Below are positions 9,632 to 17,949 of a stretch of 64,000 nucleotides of DNA, piece after piece. Made by a program: the position numbers and the translations under genes. Source of the stretch: Thermoanaerobaculia bacterium (GTDB lineage: Bacteria; Acidobacteriota; Thermoanaerobaculia; UBA5066); assembly GCA_963816185.1 (NCBI GenBank), contig CAWFJJ010000030.1:384001-448000 (forward strand), given 5' to 3'. Under the pieces are notes generated by a model that saw only the letters and a program-made list of their open reading frames with translations, was not told where the DNA came from and made no database searches. The first letter of the stretch is position 1. The number at the start of each line of letters is the position of its first letter.

Positions 9632-10276
9632 GTGACGAGGACTCCGAACCCTCCCGCGGTCATTCCGGTCGCGCGCGTCGCGTCGCCGGAGGGCGTCGTG
9701 TCACGGCCGCCCCATGGTCTCACCGACGTCGGCGGAGCGTCGGAGATTTCGCTCACGACCACTGTGCGTTTCGCCTCGACGCGCGACGCCTTCGTCGCCC
9801 TCTTCGAGGCCACCGCCGACCCTCCGCTGACCATCCAGCGCCTCGACGACGAGGACGTCTTCCTCGACGACTGCGTGGAGCTCTTCCTCGCCTCACCCCT
9901 CGCGCCCAGCGAATACGAGGAGATCGTCGTGAACCCGCGCGGCGCTTGCTACACCGCACACATCGTGAACCCCGACGAAAGCCGCGAGACATGGAGGGTC
10001 TCGCGCGGACGCGCGTCAGCCGCGATCTCGATCGGCGTTCACGGTGTCCCGGCCGGGCGACCCGCCGCGGAGTGGGCGCAATGGACCTGCCGGCTGGCCG
10101 TGGCGTGGACGTCTCTTCCCTCGGGCCGTGCGCCCGTCGAAGGAGAAGAGCGCCGGGGAAACGCCTACCGGATCGCGCGCGGGCGCACGACGCGCTATCT
10201 CGCCCTTTCTCCCACTCTCCGGTCGAGCCCGCCGGACTTCCACGTTCCGAGCCGGTTCGCCCGCTTCGTCTTCTGA
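9632..10276 (+). CDS. Carbohydrate-binding family 9-like (DOMON-like) protein
   Basis: C-terminal part of ORF 8984..10276: DDCVELFL, YEEIVVNPRG, RGNAYRI, DFHVPSRF. Start GTG 9632 is inferred. Confidence 0.7.
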   Translation: MTRTPNPPAVIPVARVASPEGVVSRPPHGLTDVGGASEISLTTTVRFASTRDAFVALFEATADPPLTIQRLDDEDVFLDDCVELFLASPLAPSEYEEIVVNPRGACYTAHIVNPDESRETWRVSRGRASAAISIGVHGVPAGRPAAEWAQWTCRLAVAWTSLPSGRAPVEGEERRGNAYRIARGRTTRYLALSPTLRSSPPDFHVPSRFARFVF

Positions 10277-10297
10277 GCGCGGCTCCCCTGCGAGCCC

Positions 10298-10717
10298 TCA
10301 ACCCTCCGTGTGTGATCCGTCGGTCCGGATGCCCTGCGCGGCGAGCCAGAGTTTGAGCTCTTCGCGGACGCACCGGTCGCGGAACACGAACCACGCCTTC
10401 TCGTCGTTCGGAAAAGTCAGGAGAACGTCGCGGAAGGCTCCAGGGCCGCCGGATTCGAGCGCGAGGAGCGCCTTTTCGCGCGCGGTGGCGCTCTCCATGC
10501 GCGGCGCGAACGCGCGGCACCGGGCTCCGTCGATCTCGCGCGTGGACTTCGGGATGCGAAGGTAGCGCCCCGACCGCTCGTGAAGAAGCGCCTCGCGCAA
10601 GTCCGGCGAGCCGTTCAAGTGGGCGTGCACTTCTCCCGTCGCGCGGTCGAGGAAGTGGTTCATGAGCGTCGATCGTGCCGCGAACGCGACCGTCAGGCCC
10701 TCCCAGTCGAGCTCCAT
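10298..10717 (-). CDS. UPF0158-like protein
   Basis: MELDWEGL..HFLDRATGEV...GPGAFRDVL...WFVFR...LKLWLAAQGI; ATG at 10717. Confidence 0.7.
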   Translation of the reverse strand: MELDWEGLTVAFAARSTLMNHFLDRATGEVHAHLNGSPDLREALLHERSGRYLRIPKSTREIDGARCRAFAPRMESATAREKALLALESGGPGAFRDVLLTFPNDEKAWFVFRDRCVREELKLWLAAQGIRTDGSHTEG

Positions 10718-10725
10718 CGGGCGAG

Positions 10726-10732
10726 TATCGTA
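10726..10732. promoter_or_regulatory. Overlapping bidirectional -10 elements for divergent leaderless genes
   Basis: TATCGT (+) lies 6 nt before mutY GTG; TACGAT (-) lies 9 nt before ATG 10717. The intergenic gap is only 20 bp and has no SD. Confidence 0.55.
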
Positions 10733-10737
10733 TCTCC

Positions 10738-11854
10738 GTGGATCCCGACCTCTTCCGGCGACACGCCGTCGCGCTGCGCCTCGCACGCTGGTATCGCCGA
10801 TCGAAGCGCGACTTGCCGTGGCGGAGGACGCGAGATCCGTACGCGATCTGGATTTCCGAGGTCATGCTCCAGCAGACGACCGTCGCGGTCGTCGCGAGAC
10901 GCTGGAAGCGGTTCCTTGCGCGCTTCCCCACGGCGAAGGCGCTCGCCAGGGCGCCCGAGCGCGCGGTCCTCGCCGAGTGGAGCGGCCTCGGGTACTACGC
11001 GCGCGCGCGGAATCTGCACCGCGCGGCCAGGATCGTCGCGGCGGCCGGCACATTTCCACGCACGCTCGAAGGCTGGCGGGAGCTGCCCGGCGTCGGGGCC
11101 TACACGGGCGCGGCGGTGGCCTCGATCGCCTTCGGCGTTCCCGCCGCGGTGGTGGACGGTAACGTCGTGCGCGTCATCTGCCGATTGCTCGGCCTCAGGC
11201 TCGATCCGAAGGCGCCGCGATCGCTCGCGCGCGTGAGGTCGGAGGTGCAGGCGCTCATGCCGGCTCGCGGGGCTGGTGACCACAACCAGGCCCTCATGGA
11301 GCTGGGGGCGCTCGTCTGCACACCCCGCGCGCCGCGGTGCGGCGCGTGCCCGCTCCGCGGCGCGTGCCGCGCCGCGGCGAGTGGGAAGCGCGGAAGGCTT
11401 CCCACGAGCTCCACGACGGGTGAAGCCCAGATCGATTCATCTCGTCGCGGGGATCGTCGAGAGGGAGAAGAGAATCTTGCTCGTAGAAGACAAGATCCTC
11501 GTCGAGGGCCATCTTTGCGTTCCGATGTTCGAGGTTCGCAACGGGCAGCGGTCTGCAAATGTTCTTAGCAGGGGGTGGGAGCGAATCGCGCATCGAAAGG
11601 CCGCCGCGCTCGAGCCGGTGGCCACGCTCAGACACTCGGTATTGAATCGTCGCTATCTCGTTTCTCTATTTACCTTCAAAGAAAAAACGCCCGAGCCCTC
11701 GCGCAGCCGACGACCCGGAGCGGACGAACCGTCGCTTTCCGTGCCCATCCCTCCGAGCCGCATTTCCCTCCTCTCTCCGAGCCAGATCTCCCGGCGCGCC
11801 CACGGTGGCCTGCTCCTGAAGGTGCTGGCGGCCTGGCGGGAGCACGGACGCTGA
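10738..11854 (+). CDS. mutY: A/G-specific adenine glycosylase (frameshift ~11390 between catalytic and NUDIX-like domains)
   Basis: RDLPWR, WISEVMLQQT, WSGLGYYARARNLH, LPGVGAYT, VDGNVVRV, MELGALVCTPRAPRCGACPLRGAC (4Fe-4S). The C-terminus continues in ORF 11276..11854. Confidence 0.9.
11557..11686. repeat. Inverted motif pair (locus C) inside the mutY C-terminal domain
   Basis: AAATGTTCTTAGCAGGGGG (11557-11575) ... CTATTTACCTTCAAAGAAAAA (11666-11686). Confidence 0.65.
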
Positions 11855-11877
11855 CGGCTCGGCTATTCTCGCAGCGC

Positions 11878-13731
11878 ATGTCGCGACGCGTGGGCAGGAC
11901 GCCGAAACCGGCGCCGGAGGAGTCCGCTGACTCGCAGACGAACGCCCCGGCGCTCGTCCTCGTCGGGATTCTCGCGGCACTCGCCCTTCCTTTTCTCGTC
12001 TTTTCGACGGCTTCCAGCGAGGCCCTTCGCGAGACGAAGCTCCTCGTGCAGGCGCTCGGGGCGGCTCTCGCGATGTTCGGCCTCGCGCGGAGCGGAACCC
12101 TCCCGTCCTTTGGACGAGGGCGAGCCGCGCGCATGGTCATCCTCGGAATCTTCGCGACTCTCGCTCTCACGCTCCTGTCGGGTCTCGCGAACGCGGACAT
12201 CGTGGACCCTCTGACGGCCGTCGCCATCCTCTCCCCGCTCGCGCTCCTCCTCGCCGGTACATCCCAGCCGGGCGGGCGCGCGGCATCCGCCGCGGCGATC
12301 GCGCTGATGGTTGCCGGCGCCGCCACCGGCGCCCTCGCGGCCCTCCAGCGCTGGGCGGGCCTCTTCCGGCTGCCCCTCGAGGTTCCGGAGCCCCGGTTTC
12401 TGGCGGCGGGCCTCATCGGGAACGCGGGGGACGTCGGGATGGCTCTCGTCGTGCCCGCCCTGCTCCTTTTCACGCGGGCGGCGGAGCCGGGAACGAGCGC
12501 CCGAGCGAAAAGCCTCGCGGCGCTCGGCCTTCTGGCGATTCTTCTCGGCCTCGTGGCGACCGAGGCCGTCGCGCCGGCGCTCGCATTCGGTGGGGGCGTC
12601 GCGGTCTTCGTCGCGCTCGACTTCCGGCGGCGCGCTCTCGCTCTCTCGTCCCTCGTCGTGGCGGCGCTCCTCGCAGTCGCGACCGGAGCGGGGCGTCGCT
12701 TCCTCGTGAAGGTCGACGAGTTCCGCCGCGGCGACCTGGCGTCCGCCACGACGCAGCGCGACATCGGTCTCCTCGCGGGGAGAGAAATGATCCGCGAGCG
12801 ACCCCTCCTCGGAGCGGGACCCGGGGCCTTCTCGAATCGATTCGTTCCCGCGCGTCTCGCGGCGGAGAAGCGCACGAGGCGCCATCTCGTGCACCGAAGC
12901 GGCTCGGCTCACTTCGACAATGCGCACAACGAGCCTGTCACCCTCGCGGCCGAGACCGGCGTGCCCGCCGCGATTGCCAGCGTGGTTGCCTCTTGCGCGC
13001 TTTTCGTGGGACTTCTCGCCCGCCGCAAGCTCGCGCCAACGGCCTCCGGCGGCGACTCGATCGACTCTCTCTTCTCCACGCTCTTCGCCGTTGCGCTTCT
13101 GTCTCTCGGCGACTTCCCGTTCCGGATCGCCGTCGCCTCGGGGCCTGTCGCTTTCTTCGCGGGCGTCGCGCTTCGTCGGGTCGCAGGCGATCAGGGAAAG
13201 CCGGAGATTCCCGCGCGCGGTTCCCGCGTCCTCTTCGCGACGCTTGCCCTGTTGCTCGTCGCTCTCGCGGCCTTGCGATCCCTTGCGACGTTCACTCAGG
13301 CGGATGGGGAGACCCTTCTGCGCGAAGCAGCGTCGGCCCCCGAGGACGCTGAATCCCAGAAGGCGGAGCTTCTCTCTGCGGCCGACGCGCGTCTCGCGCG
13401 TACCGTCGCCCTTCGGCCGCGCTCGGCCACGGCTCTTCTCGCCTGGGGTTCGGTGCAATCGCTGCAGGGTGAGCGCGAGCTCGCGTACGCGCTCTACGCG
13501 CGTTCGGTCCGGCTCGAAGAGCGCGCCGAAAGCGATTTGAATCTCGGCCGTGCCGCGGCGGCCCTCGGGCGAAGCCAGGAAGCACGGGCGCTTCTCGTAC
13601 GCTCCGTCTGGATCCAGCCGCGCCTTTTGGACGACGTGCCGCCCGGCGAACGGGATGCGGTCGCTGCCGCCGTCGCGTCTGCCGAGAAAGCTCTCACCCG
13701 CGGCGGAACGGTTCCCGCCGGGCCGCCTTAG
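11878..13731 (+). CDS. O-antigen ligase/oligosaccharyltransferase-like membrane protein with C-terminal TPR
   Basis: Many TM segments, GLIGN, PLLGAGPGAF, NAHNEPV (Wzy_C), and a TPR-like helical tail. ATG at 11878. Confidence 0.75.
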   Translation: MSRRVGRTPKPAPEESADSQTNAPALVLVGILAALALPFLVFSTASSEALRETKLLVQALGAALAMFGLARSGTLPSFGRGRAARMVILGIFATLALTLLSGLANADIVDPLTAVAILSPLALLLAGTSQPGGRAASAAAIALMVAGAATGALAALQRWAGLFRLPLEVPEPRFLAAGLIGNAGDVGMALVVPALLLFTRAAEPGTSARAKSLAALGLLAILLGLVATEAVAPALAFGGGVAVFVALDFRRRALALSSLVVAALLAVATGAGRRFLVKVDEFRRGDLASATTQRDIGLLAGREMIRERPLLGAGPGAFSNRFVPARLAAEKRTRRHLVHRSGSAHFDNAHNEPVTLAAETGVPAAIASVVASCALFVGLLARRKLAPTASGGDSIDSLFSTLFAVALLSLGDFPFRIAVASGPVAFFAGVALRRVAGDQGKPEIPARGSRVLFATLALLLVALAALRSLATFTQADGETLLREAASAPEDAESQKAELLSAADARLARTVALRPRSATALLAWGSVQSLQGERELAYALYARSVRLEERAESDLNLGRAAAALGRSQEARALLVRSVWIQPRLLDDVPPGERDAVAAAVASAEKALTRGGTVPAGPP

Positions 13732-13824
13732 ATTCTCTTAGAAGGTGAATGAGCGCACGCCGCTCGAATCGCCGCGCCGCCATGTCGATCTGCCCCGACC
13801 CCACTCACCCTTCTAAGAAATTCT
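13731..13824. repeat. Inverted motif pair (locus D), intergenic
   Basis: GATTCTCTTAGAAGGTGAATGA ... CACTCACCCTTCTAAGAAATTC. Confidence 0.85.
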
Positions 13825-13835
13825 TCTTCCAACAA

Positions 13836-13851
13836 CGGCACGTTCGTTGCG
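13836..13851 (+). promoter_or_regulatory. sigma54 promoter of ku
   Basis: CGGCACGTTCGTTGCG (GG-N10-GC), followed by the SD GGAGGAGG. Confidence 0.75.
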
Positions 13852-13872
13852 AGCAGAAGGGAGGAGGTCTCG

Positions 13873-14737
13873 ATGCGCTCCACGAAGAGAAAACCTCACG
13901 CAGAGAGCGCTTCGCGCACGGCTCGGCGTGCAGTCTGGAAGGGCCGCATCTCGTTCGGGCTCGTGGGGATCCCGGTCGAGCTCGTGCCGGCCGTGGATGC
14001 CAGGGAGCATCTCGGTTTCCACCTCTTGCATCGCAAGGACCTCGCTCCCATCCGATACCGGAAATTCTGCAGCCAGGAAGATGTCGAGGTTTCGGATGAC
14101 GAGGTGGTGCGGGGATACGAGGCGTCGAAGGGGAAGTGGGCTGTCGTGGAGAAGGACGAGCTCGCCGCCGCGCGCACGGACGCGGGAGCGGGCACGGAGG
14201 CACACACGCTCGAGATCCTCTCGTTCCTGGGCACGGGACGCATCGACCCGTTGACGTTCGACCAGCCCTACTACCTCGTCCCGGACGAGGGCGGAGCCCG
14301 GCCCTTTGCCGTCTTTCGCAACGCGCTGGCGGCCTCGGACCGCGTCGGCCTCGGCCGCCTGAGGCTGCGGAGCCGCGAGCATCTGGCGGCTGTGATCGTG
14401 ATCCCGCACGGACTCGTCGCGATTCTGCTCAGGCCGTTCGAGGAAGTTGCCGCGGCGCCGTCGGCGGGGTCTCTGTCCGCGGGAACCGGAGAAATCAAGA
14501 TGGCGCGCCTCCTGATTGACCAGATGTCGGAGGAGGCGCTCGATCCGGCGAAGTACCCCGATCGGTATCGATCGGCGCTCAAGAAGCTGCTCGCCAAGAA
14601 GGGAGCCGTCGCCGGCACCGGCCGCAGCCGAGGGCCAGCCGGAGAAAGAGGGCCGTGTGATCGACTTGATGGAGGCGTTGCGCGCGAGCGTGGCTCGCCG
14701 CGGGGGCAAATCTCCGCGCAAGAGGCACGTCGCATAG
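13873..14737 (+). CDS. ku: Ku non-homologous end-joining protein (frameshift ~14600)
   Basis: RAVWKGRISFGLVGIPV, VVRGYE, FDQPYYLVP, DPAKYPDRYR. The VIDLMEALRASV tail is in ORF 14516..14737. Confidence 0.92.
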
Positions 14738-14767
14738 GGGGCGACCGCGAAAGACACGGGAGGATCT

Positions 14768-14971
14768 ATGGCAGCGAGGAAATCTTCCAGACGGTACGGC
14801 AAGAAGGCGGGGGAGAAAGTGGAGCGCGCGATGCGTGAGATGAAGCAAGGCAAGCTGAAGTCCGGTCGTTCACACAAGACGGTCCGAAGCCGGAAGCAGG
14901 CGATCGCGATCGGGCTTTCCGAGGCGCGCGAGGCGGGCGGGAAGGTCCCGCCCGCCCCGAAGAGCAGCTGA
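14768..14971 (+). CDS. Small basic DUF6496-like protein
   Basis: KVERAMREMKQGKLKSGRS..V.SRKQAIAIGLSEAREAGGKVP; SD GGAGG. Confidence 0.85.
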   Translation: MAARKSSRRYGKKAGEKVERAMREMKQGKLKSGRSHKTVRSRKQAIAIGLSEAREAGGKVPPAPKSS

Positions 14972-14984
14972 CGACCGGGAGGTC

Positions 14985-15578
14985 TCAGCCCTTCTTCTCT
15001 CCGTCGAACGACACCAGGAGGTGCGCGAGGTCGTCCGCGTGCTCCTCCTCCTGGCCGAGAATCCATTCGAACAGGCGCCGCGTCGTGGGGTCGTCCTCGC
15101 CGACGAATGCGATCATCTCCTTGTAGGACTCGATCGCGACGCGTTCGGCCACGAGGTCCTCGCGGATCATGTCCACGAGCGACGCGCCTTCCTGATACTC
15201 CGTCTGACTCTTCGAGAGCAGACCCGCGGGGTTCAGGTCCGGCTCTCCCCCGAGCTGTCGGATCCTCTCCGAGATCCTGTCCGCGTGCGCCTGCTCCTCG
15301 GTCGCGTGCTCGAGGAACTCCGTCTTCACCGGATCGGCGTGAATGCCGTCGGCCATGAAGTAGTGCCTCTTGTAGCGCAGCACGCAGACGATCTCGGTCG
15401 CAAGGGCGACGTTCAGGATCTTCACGACATTCTCGAGGTCGGCGCGATAGCCGGGCGTGACCGCTCCCTCCTCGATCTCGCGTCGTGCGCGCCGTCGCAG
15501 CTCGACGACGTCGCTCAGAAAGGCGGCTTCCGCGATGCTCTTCTTCGGGCCTTCGGCCCGCTTCGCAGCGTGATTCAT
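14985..15578 (-). CDS. Ferritin-like (bacterioferritin/Dps-related) protein
   Basis: LATEIVCVLRYKRH, EEQAHAD, DLVAERVAIESY, EEEHADDL di-iron motifs. Confidence 0.9.
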   Translation of the reverse strand: MNHAAKRAEGPKKSIAEAAFLSDVVELRRRARREIEEGAVTPGYRADLENVVKILNVALATEIVCVLRYKRHYFMADGIHADPVKTEFLEHATEEQAHADRISERIRQLGGEPDLNPAGLLSKSQTEYQEGASLVDMIREDLVAERVAIESYKEMIAFVGEDDPTTRRLFEWILGQEEEHADDLAHLLVSFDGEKKG

Positions 15579-15602
15579 GACAGTCCTCCCCGGTCAACAA
15601 GC

Positions 15603-15618
15603 AGCAACGGATGTGCCA
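15603..15618 (-). promoter_or_regulatory. sigma54 promoter of the ferritin-like gene
   Basis: TGGCACATCCGTTGCT, a consensus match. Confidence 0.85.
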
Positions 15619-15623
15619 CCGAA

Positions 15624-15658
15624 GAAAAGAAAAAGGGGACGTCGGCTACGACGTCCCC
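15624..15658 (-). terminator. Intrinsic terminator
   Basis: GGGGACGTCG-N4-CGACGTCCCC stem (15635-15658) followed on the minus strand by TTTTTCTTTTC. Confidence 0.8.
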
Positions 15659-15689
15659 GACGAAGGAGCGGCGAGAGAGGCTCAGGCTC

Positions 15690-16025
15690 TCAGCTCGTGG
15701 GGTTCACGGTGAGCGTCTTGTTCCCGTTCGCATCCTTCGATTCGGTGATCTTCACCTTGGAGCCGACGGCTACTGCCGGGTCGACGGTGGTGTTCACGGA
15801 CTGAGAGTCGAGATCGAACGAACGCGTCTTCTTTCCGACGAGGACCTTGATCTCCTTCCCGGCCTGGTACTCCTTGACGGTCCCGACGACGATGTGGTCC
15901 TTCGACTTCATCGTGCCCTCCGTCGTCTTCACCTTCTTCTCGTCGGTCCTTTCCATCTGACCGAAGGCGGCCGTTCCGCCGAGGAGAAGGACCGAAACGG
16001 CGGAAGCGAAAAACTTGCGATTCAT
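15690..16025 (-). CDS. Secreted small beta-rich (OB-fold-like) hypothetical protein
   Basis: Signal peptide MNRKFFASAVSVLLLGGTAAFG, SD GGGAGGT, and its own terminator. Confidence 0.8.
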   Translation of the reverse strand: MNRKFFASAVSVLLLGGTAAFGQMERTDEKKVKTTEGTMKSKDHIVVGTVKEYQAGKEIKVLVGKKTRSFDLDSQSVNTTVDPAVAVGSKVKITESKDANGNKTLTVNPTS

Positions 16026-16047
16026 TCTTACCTCCCGAGACTTCGAC

Positions 16048-16063
16048 TGCACCCTCCGTGCCA
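16048..16063 (-). promoter_or_regulatory. sigma54 promoter
   Basis: TGGCACGGAGGGTGCA. Confidence 0.75.
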
Positions 16064-16065
16064 GG

Positions 16066-16683
16066 TCACGCCAGCGCCGACACGTGAACCTGCGCCCGCG
16101 CTGTCTCGAAGCGGTGAGTCGCGAGACCCCAGTCCGCCGCCGCGAGGAAAGCGTCGATGTACTCCGCGCGCTTCGTGCCGTAATCCATCATGAACGCGTG
16201 CTCGAAGACGTCCATCAGGAGCAGCACCGGGCACCCGGCGAGCTGGCCGCGGTCGTGCTCGTCGATCCAGACGTTGAAGAGCCGGCGCGCCTCCGCGTCC
16301 CAGACGAGCGCGGCCCAGCCAATTCCCCGGAGGCTTCCGGTCGCGCGAAACTCCTTCTCCCAGGCATCGTGCGAGCCGAAGTCGCGAGTGATCTGCGCCC
16401 CAAGGCCGGCAGCCTTTTCCAGATTCGTCCGGGTTTTTGTCAGATTTCCAAAGTACATCTCGTGAAGCCGCATCCCGTTCCACTCCCAGCCGAAGCGGCG
16501 CTTGAGCTCGGACCAGTAGGGAGCAGGCGGCTTGCCGGGTGAAGCTGATTCCAGCTCATCGTGAAGGGCGTTTGTGTTCTTCACGTACCCGCGGTAGAGC
16601 TCGAAGTGTTGCGTCAGAAGAGCGTCGCTGAATCCAGGCGTACCGAGGAGCCGCGTGAAATCCTGTGCCGAATAGAGAGCCAT
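16066..16683 (-). CDS. Fe/Mn superoxide dismutase family protein (ChrC-like)
   Basis: HFELYRGYV, NGMRLHEMYF, GIGW, MDVFEHAF. Confidence 0.9.
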   Translation of the reverse strand: MALYSAQDFTRLLGTPGFSDALLTQHFELYRGYVKNTNALHDELESASPGKPPAPYWSELKRRFGWEWNGMRLHEMYFGNLTKTRTNLEKAAGLGAQITRDFGSHDAWEKEFRATGSLRGIGWAALVWDAEARRLFNVWIDEHDRGQLAGCPVLLLMDVFEHAFMMDYGTKRAEYIDAFLAAADWGLATHRFETARAQVHVSALA

Positions 16684-16705
16684 GCCGTCCTCCTTCCCTC
16701 CTCAC

Positions 16706-16741
16706 AGCACGATCCGTTCCATGCGCGGCACGGCTGTTGCT
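16706..16741. promoter_or_regulatory. Back-to-back divergent sigma54 promoters
   Basis: Minus strand TGGAACGGATCGTGCT (16706-16721, SOD) and plus strand CGGCACGGCTGTTGCT (16726-16741), 4 bp apart. Confidence 0.75.
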
Positions 16742-16767
16742 CAATCGAGGAGGAAGGAGGACGCAGC

Positions 16768-16920
16768 ATGCTTTGGACCATTTTCGTCATTCTCCTCGTC
16801 CTGTGGCTTCTCGGGATGGTGACGTCGTACACGATGGGCGGCTTCATCCACATCCTGCTCGTCATCGCGATCGTCGTCGTCCTCATCCGCATCATTCAAG
16901 GCCGACGGCCGGTCCTATGA
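16768..16920 (+). CDS. lmo0937-family (DUF5670) small membrane protein, copy 1
   Basis: MLWTIFVILLVLWLLGMVTSYTMGGFIHILLVIAIVVVLIRIIQGRRPVL; SD GGAGG. Confidence 0.92.
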   Translation: MLWTIFVILLVLWLLGMVTSYTMGGFIHILLVIAIVVVLIRIIQGRRPVL

Positions 16921-16965
16921 ACGCGTGCCGCAGCGCCCCCGAGGCGAGATCACGCGGCGGACGCG

Positions 16966-16981
16966 CGGCACGCCGCTTGAG
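16966..16981 (+). promoter_or_regulatory. Probable sigma54 promoter (GA at -12)
   Basis: CGGCACGCCGCTTGAG, 22 nt before ATG 17004. Confidence 0.5.
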
Positions 16982-17003
16982 TAAGGCCTGAGAGGAGGGG
17001 CTC

Positions 17004-17219
17004 ATGCTTACCTTCCCGTTGCTCTCCGACGTTTACAGTGCGGTCCTGACCGCGACCGAATGTGGAGACTCCGAATCCCAAGGGCAATCCCAAGAGGACG
17101 AGGCACGTGGTCTGAACCCGGCGGACGCGCGTCCGGCCGGGCCAAATCCGCCGGACGACGACGAGGATCTCGAAACGGCGCCGACCCGGCCGCTGCGTCT
17201 CGACCGGCTCCGCCTGTGA
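17004..17219 (+). CDS. Small acidic hypothetical protein
   Basis: 71 aa ORF with SD GAGGAGGGG and an upstream sigma54-like box; no family recognised. Confidence 0.5.
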   Translation: MLTFPLLSDVYSAVLTATECGDSESQGQSQEDEARGLNPADARPAGPNPPDDDEDLETAPTRPLRLDRLRL

Positions 17220-17234
17220 TACCCCGAGGGAGCC

Positions 17235-17250
17235 AGGCACGGCGGTTGCC
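17235..17250 (+). promoter_or_regulatory. sigma54 promoter
   Basis: AGGCACGGCGGTTGCC. Confidence 0.75.
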
Positions 17251-17273
17251 CCGTGCTTGCAGGAGGAAGAAAG

Positions 17274-17426
17274 ATGCTCTGGACCATTTTCGTGATCCTG
17301 CTCGTCCTGTGGCTTCTCGGCATGGTGACGTCGTACACGATCGGGGGCTTCATTCACATCCTGCTCGTCATCGCGATCGTCATCGTCCTCATCCGCATCA
17401 TTCAGGGCCGACGCCCCGTCCTCTGA
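17274..17426 (+). CDS. lmo0937-family small membrane protein, copy 2
   Basis: Not in the ORF track (50 aa). MLWTIFVILLVLWLLGMVTSYTIGGFIHILLVIAIVIVLIRIIQGRRPVL; SD AGGAGG. Confidence 0.92.
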   Translation: MLWTIFVILLVLWLLGMVTSYTIGGFIHILLVIAIVIVLIRIIQGRRPVL

Positions 17427-17574
17427 GCACGCGCGTCAAATGCGAGACCCGTCCCCCATCACTCATTCTCTGACCTCGCCGACCGCGCGGGCATGGCTGA
17501 ATTGCGAGGGTGATCCGTTCTCAGGCCACCGGGGTGCCCTTCCTCGTCGAACCATCCGGCGAACGTGACCCTTT

Positions 17575-17949
17575 TCAGGGCGACGGGTGCTGAGGACGGC
17601 AGTGCTCGCCCACGGTCGCGAGCAGCCGAACGGGGTCGACCGGCTTTCGCAGCCAGCCGACGGCCCCGATCTCTCTGGCGTCGTCCGCCGCCCGGGCATC
17701 TGCCGTACACACGACGATGGGAATCGACGCGAGGGCTTCGTCCTTGACCTGCTCTTTCCGAAACTGCCAGCCGTTCATTCCGGGCATGGTCATGTCGAGA
17801 AGAATGACGCTCGTCCTCTCGCCCGAGCGGAGCTCTGCGAGCGCCGACCGGCCGTCCGGCACGTGGACAGCCCGGTACCCCTCGCTTTCGAGGAGGCTCG
17901 CGAGCGCCTGCGCGATCGCTTCGTCGTCTTCGACGATGAGAATCTTCAC
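17575..17949 (-). CDS. Single-domain response regulator
   Basis: GTGA overlap; KILIVEDD, ILLDMTMPGMNG, VCTA, LRKP. Confidence 0.9.
   Translation of the reverse strand: MKILIVEDDEAIAQALASLLESEGYRAVHVPDGRSALAELRSGERTSVILLDMTMPGMNGWQFRKEQVKDEALASIPIVVCTADARAADDAREIGAVGWLRKPVDPVRLLATVGEHCRPQHPSP

Noticed and set aside
14723-14738. AGGCACGTCGCATAGG as a sigma54 promoter for the DUF6496-like gene
   Set aside because: The -24 half is good but there is no GC at -12; the gene can be co-transcribed with ku.
14985-15578. Ferritin-like protein as encapsulin cargo
   Set aside because: No C-terminal targeting peptide (LxVGSL-like) and no encapsulin gene nearby.
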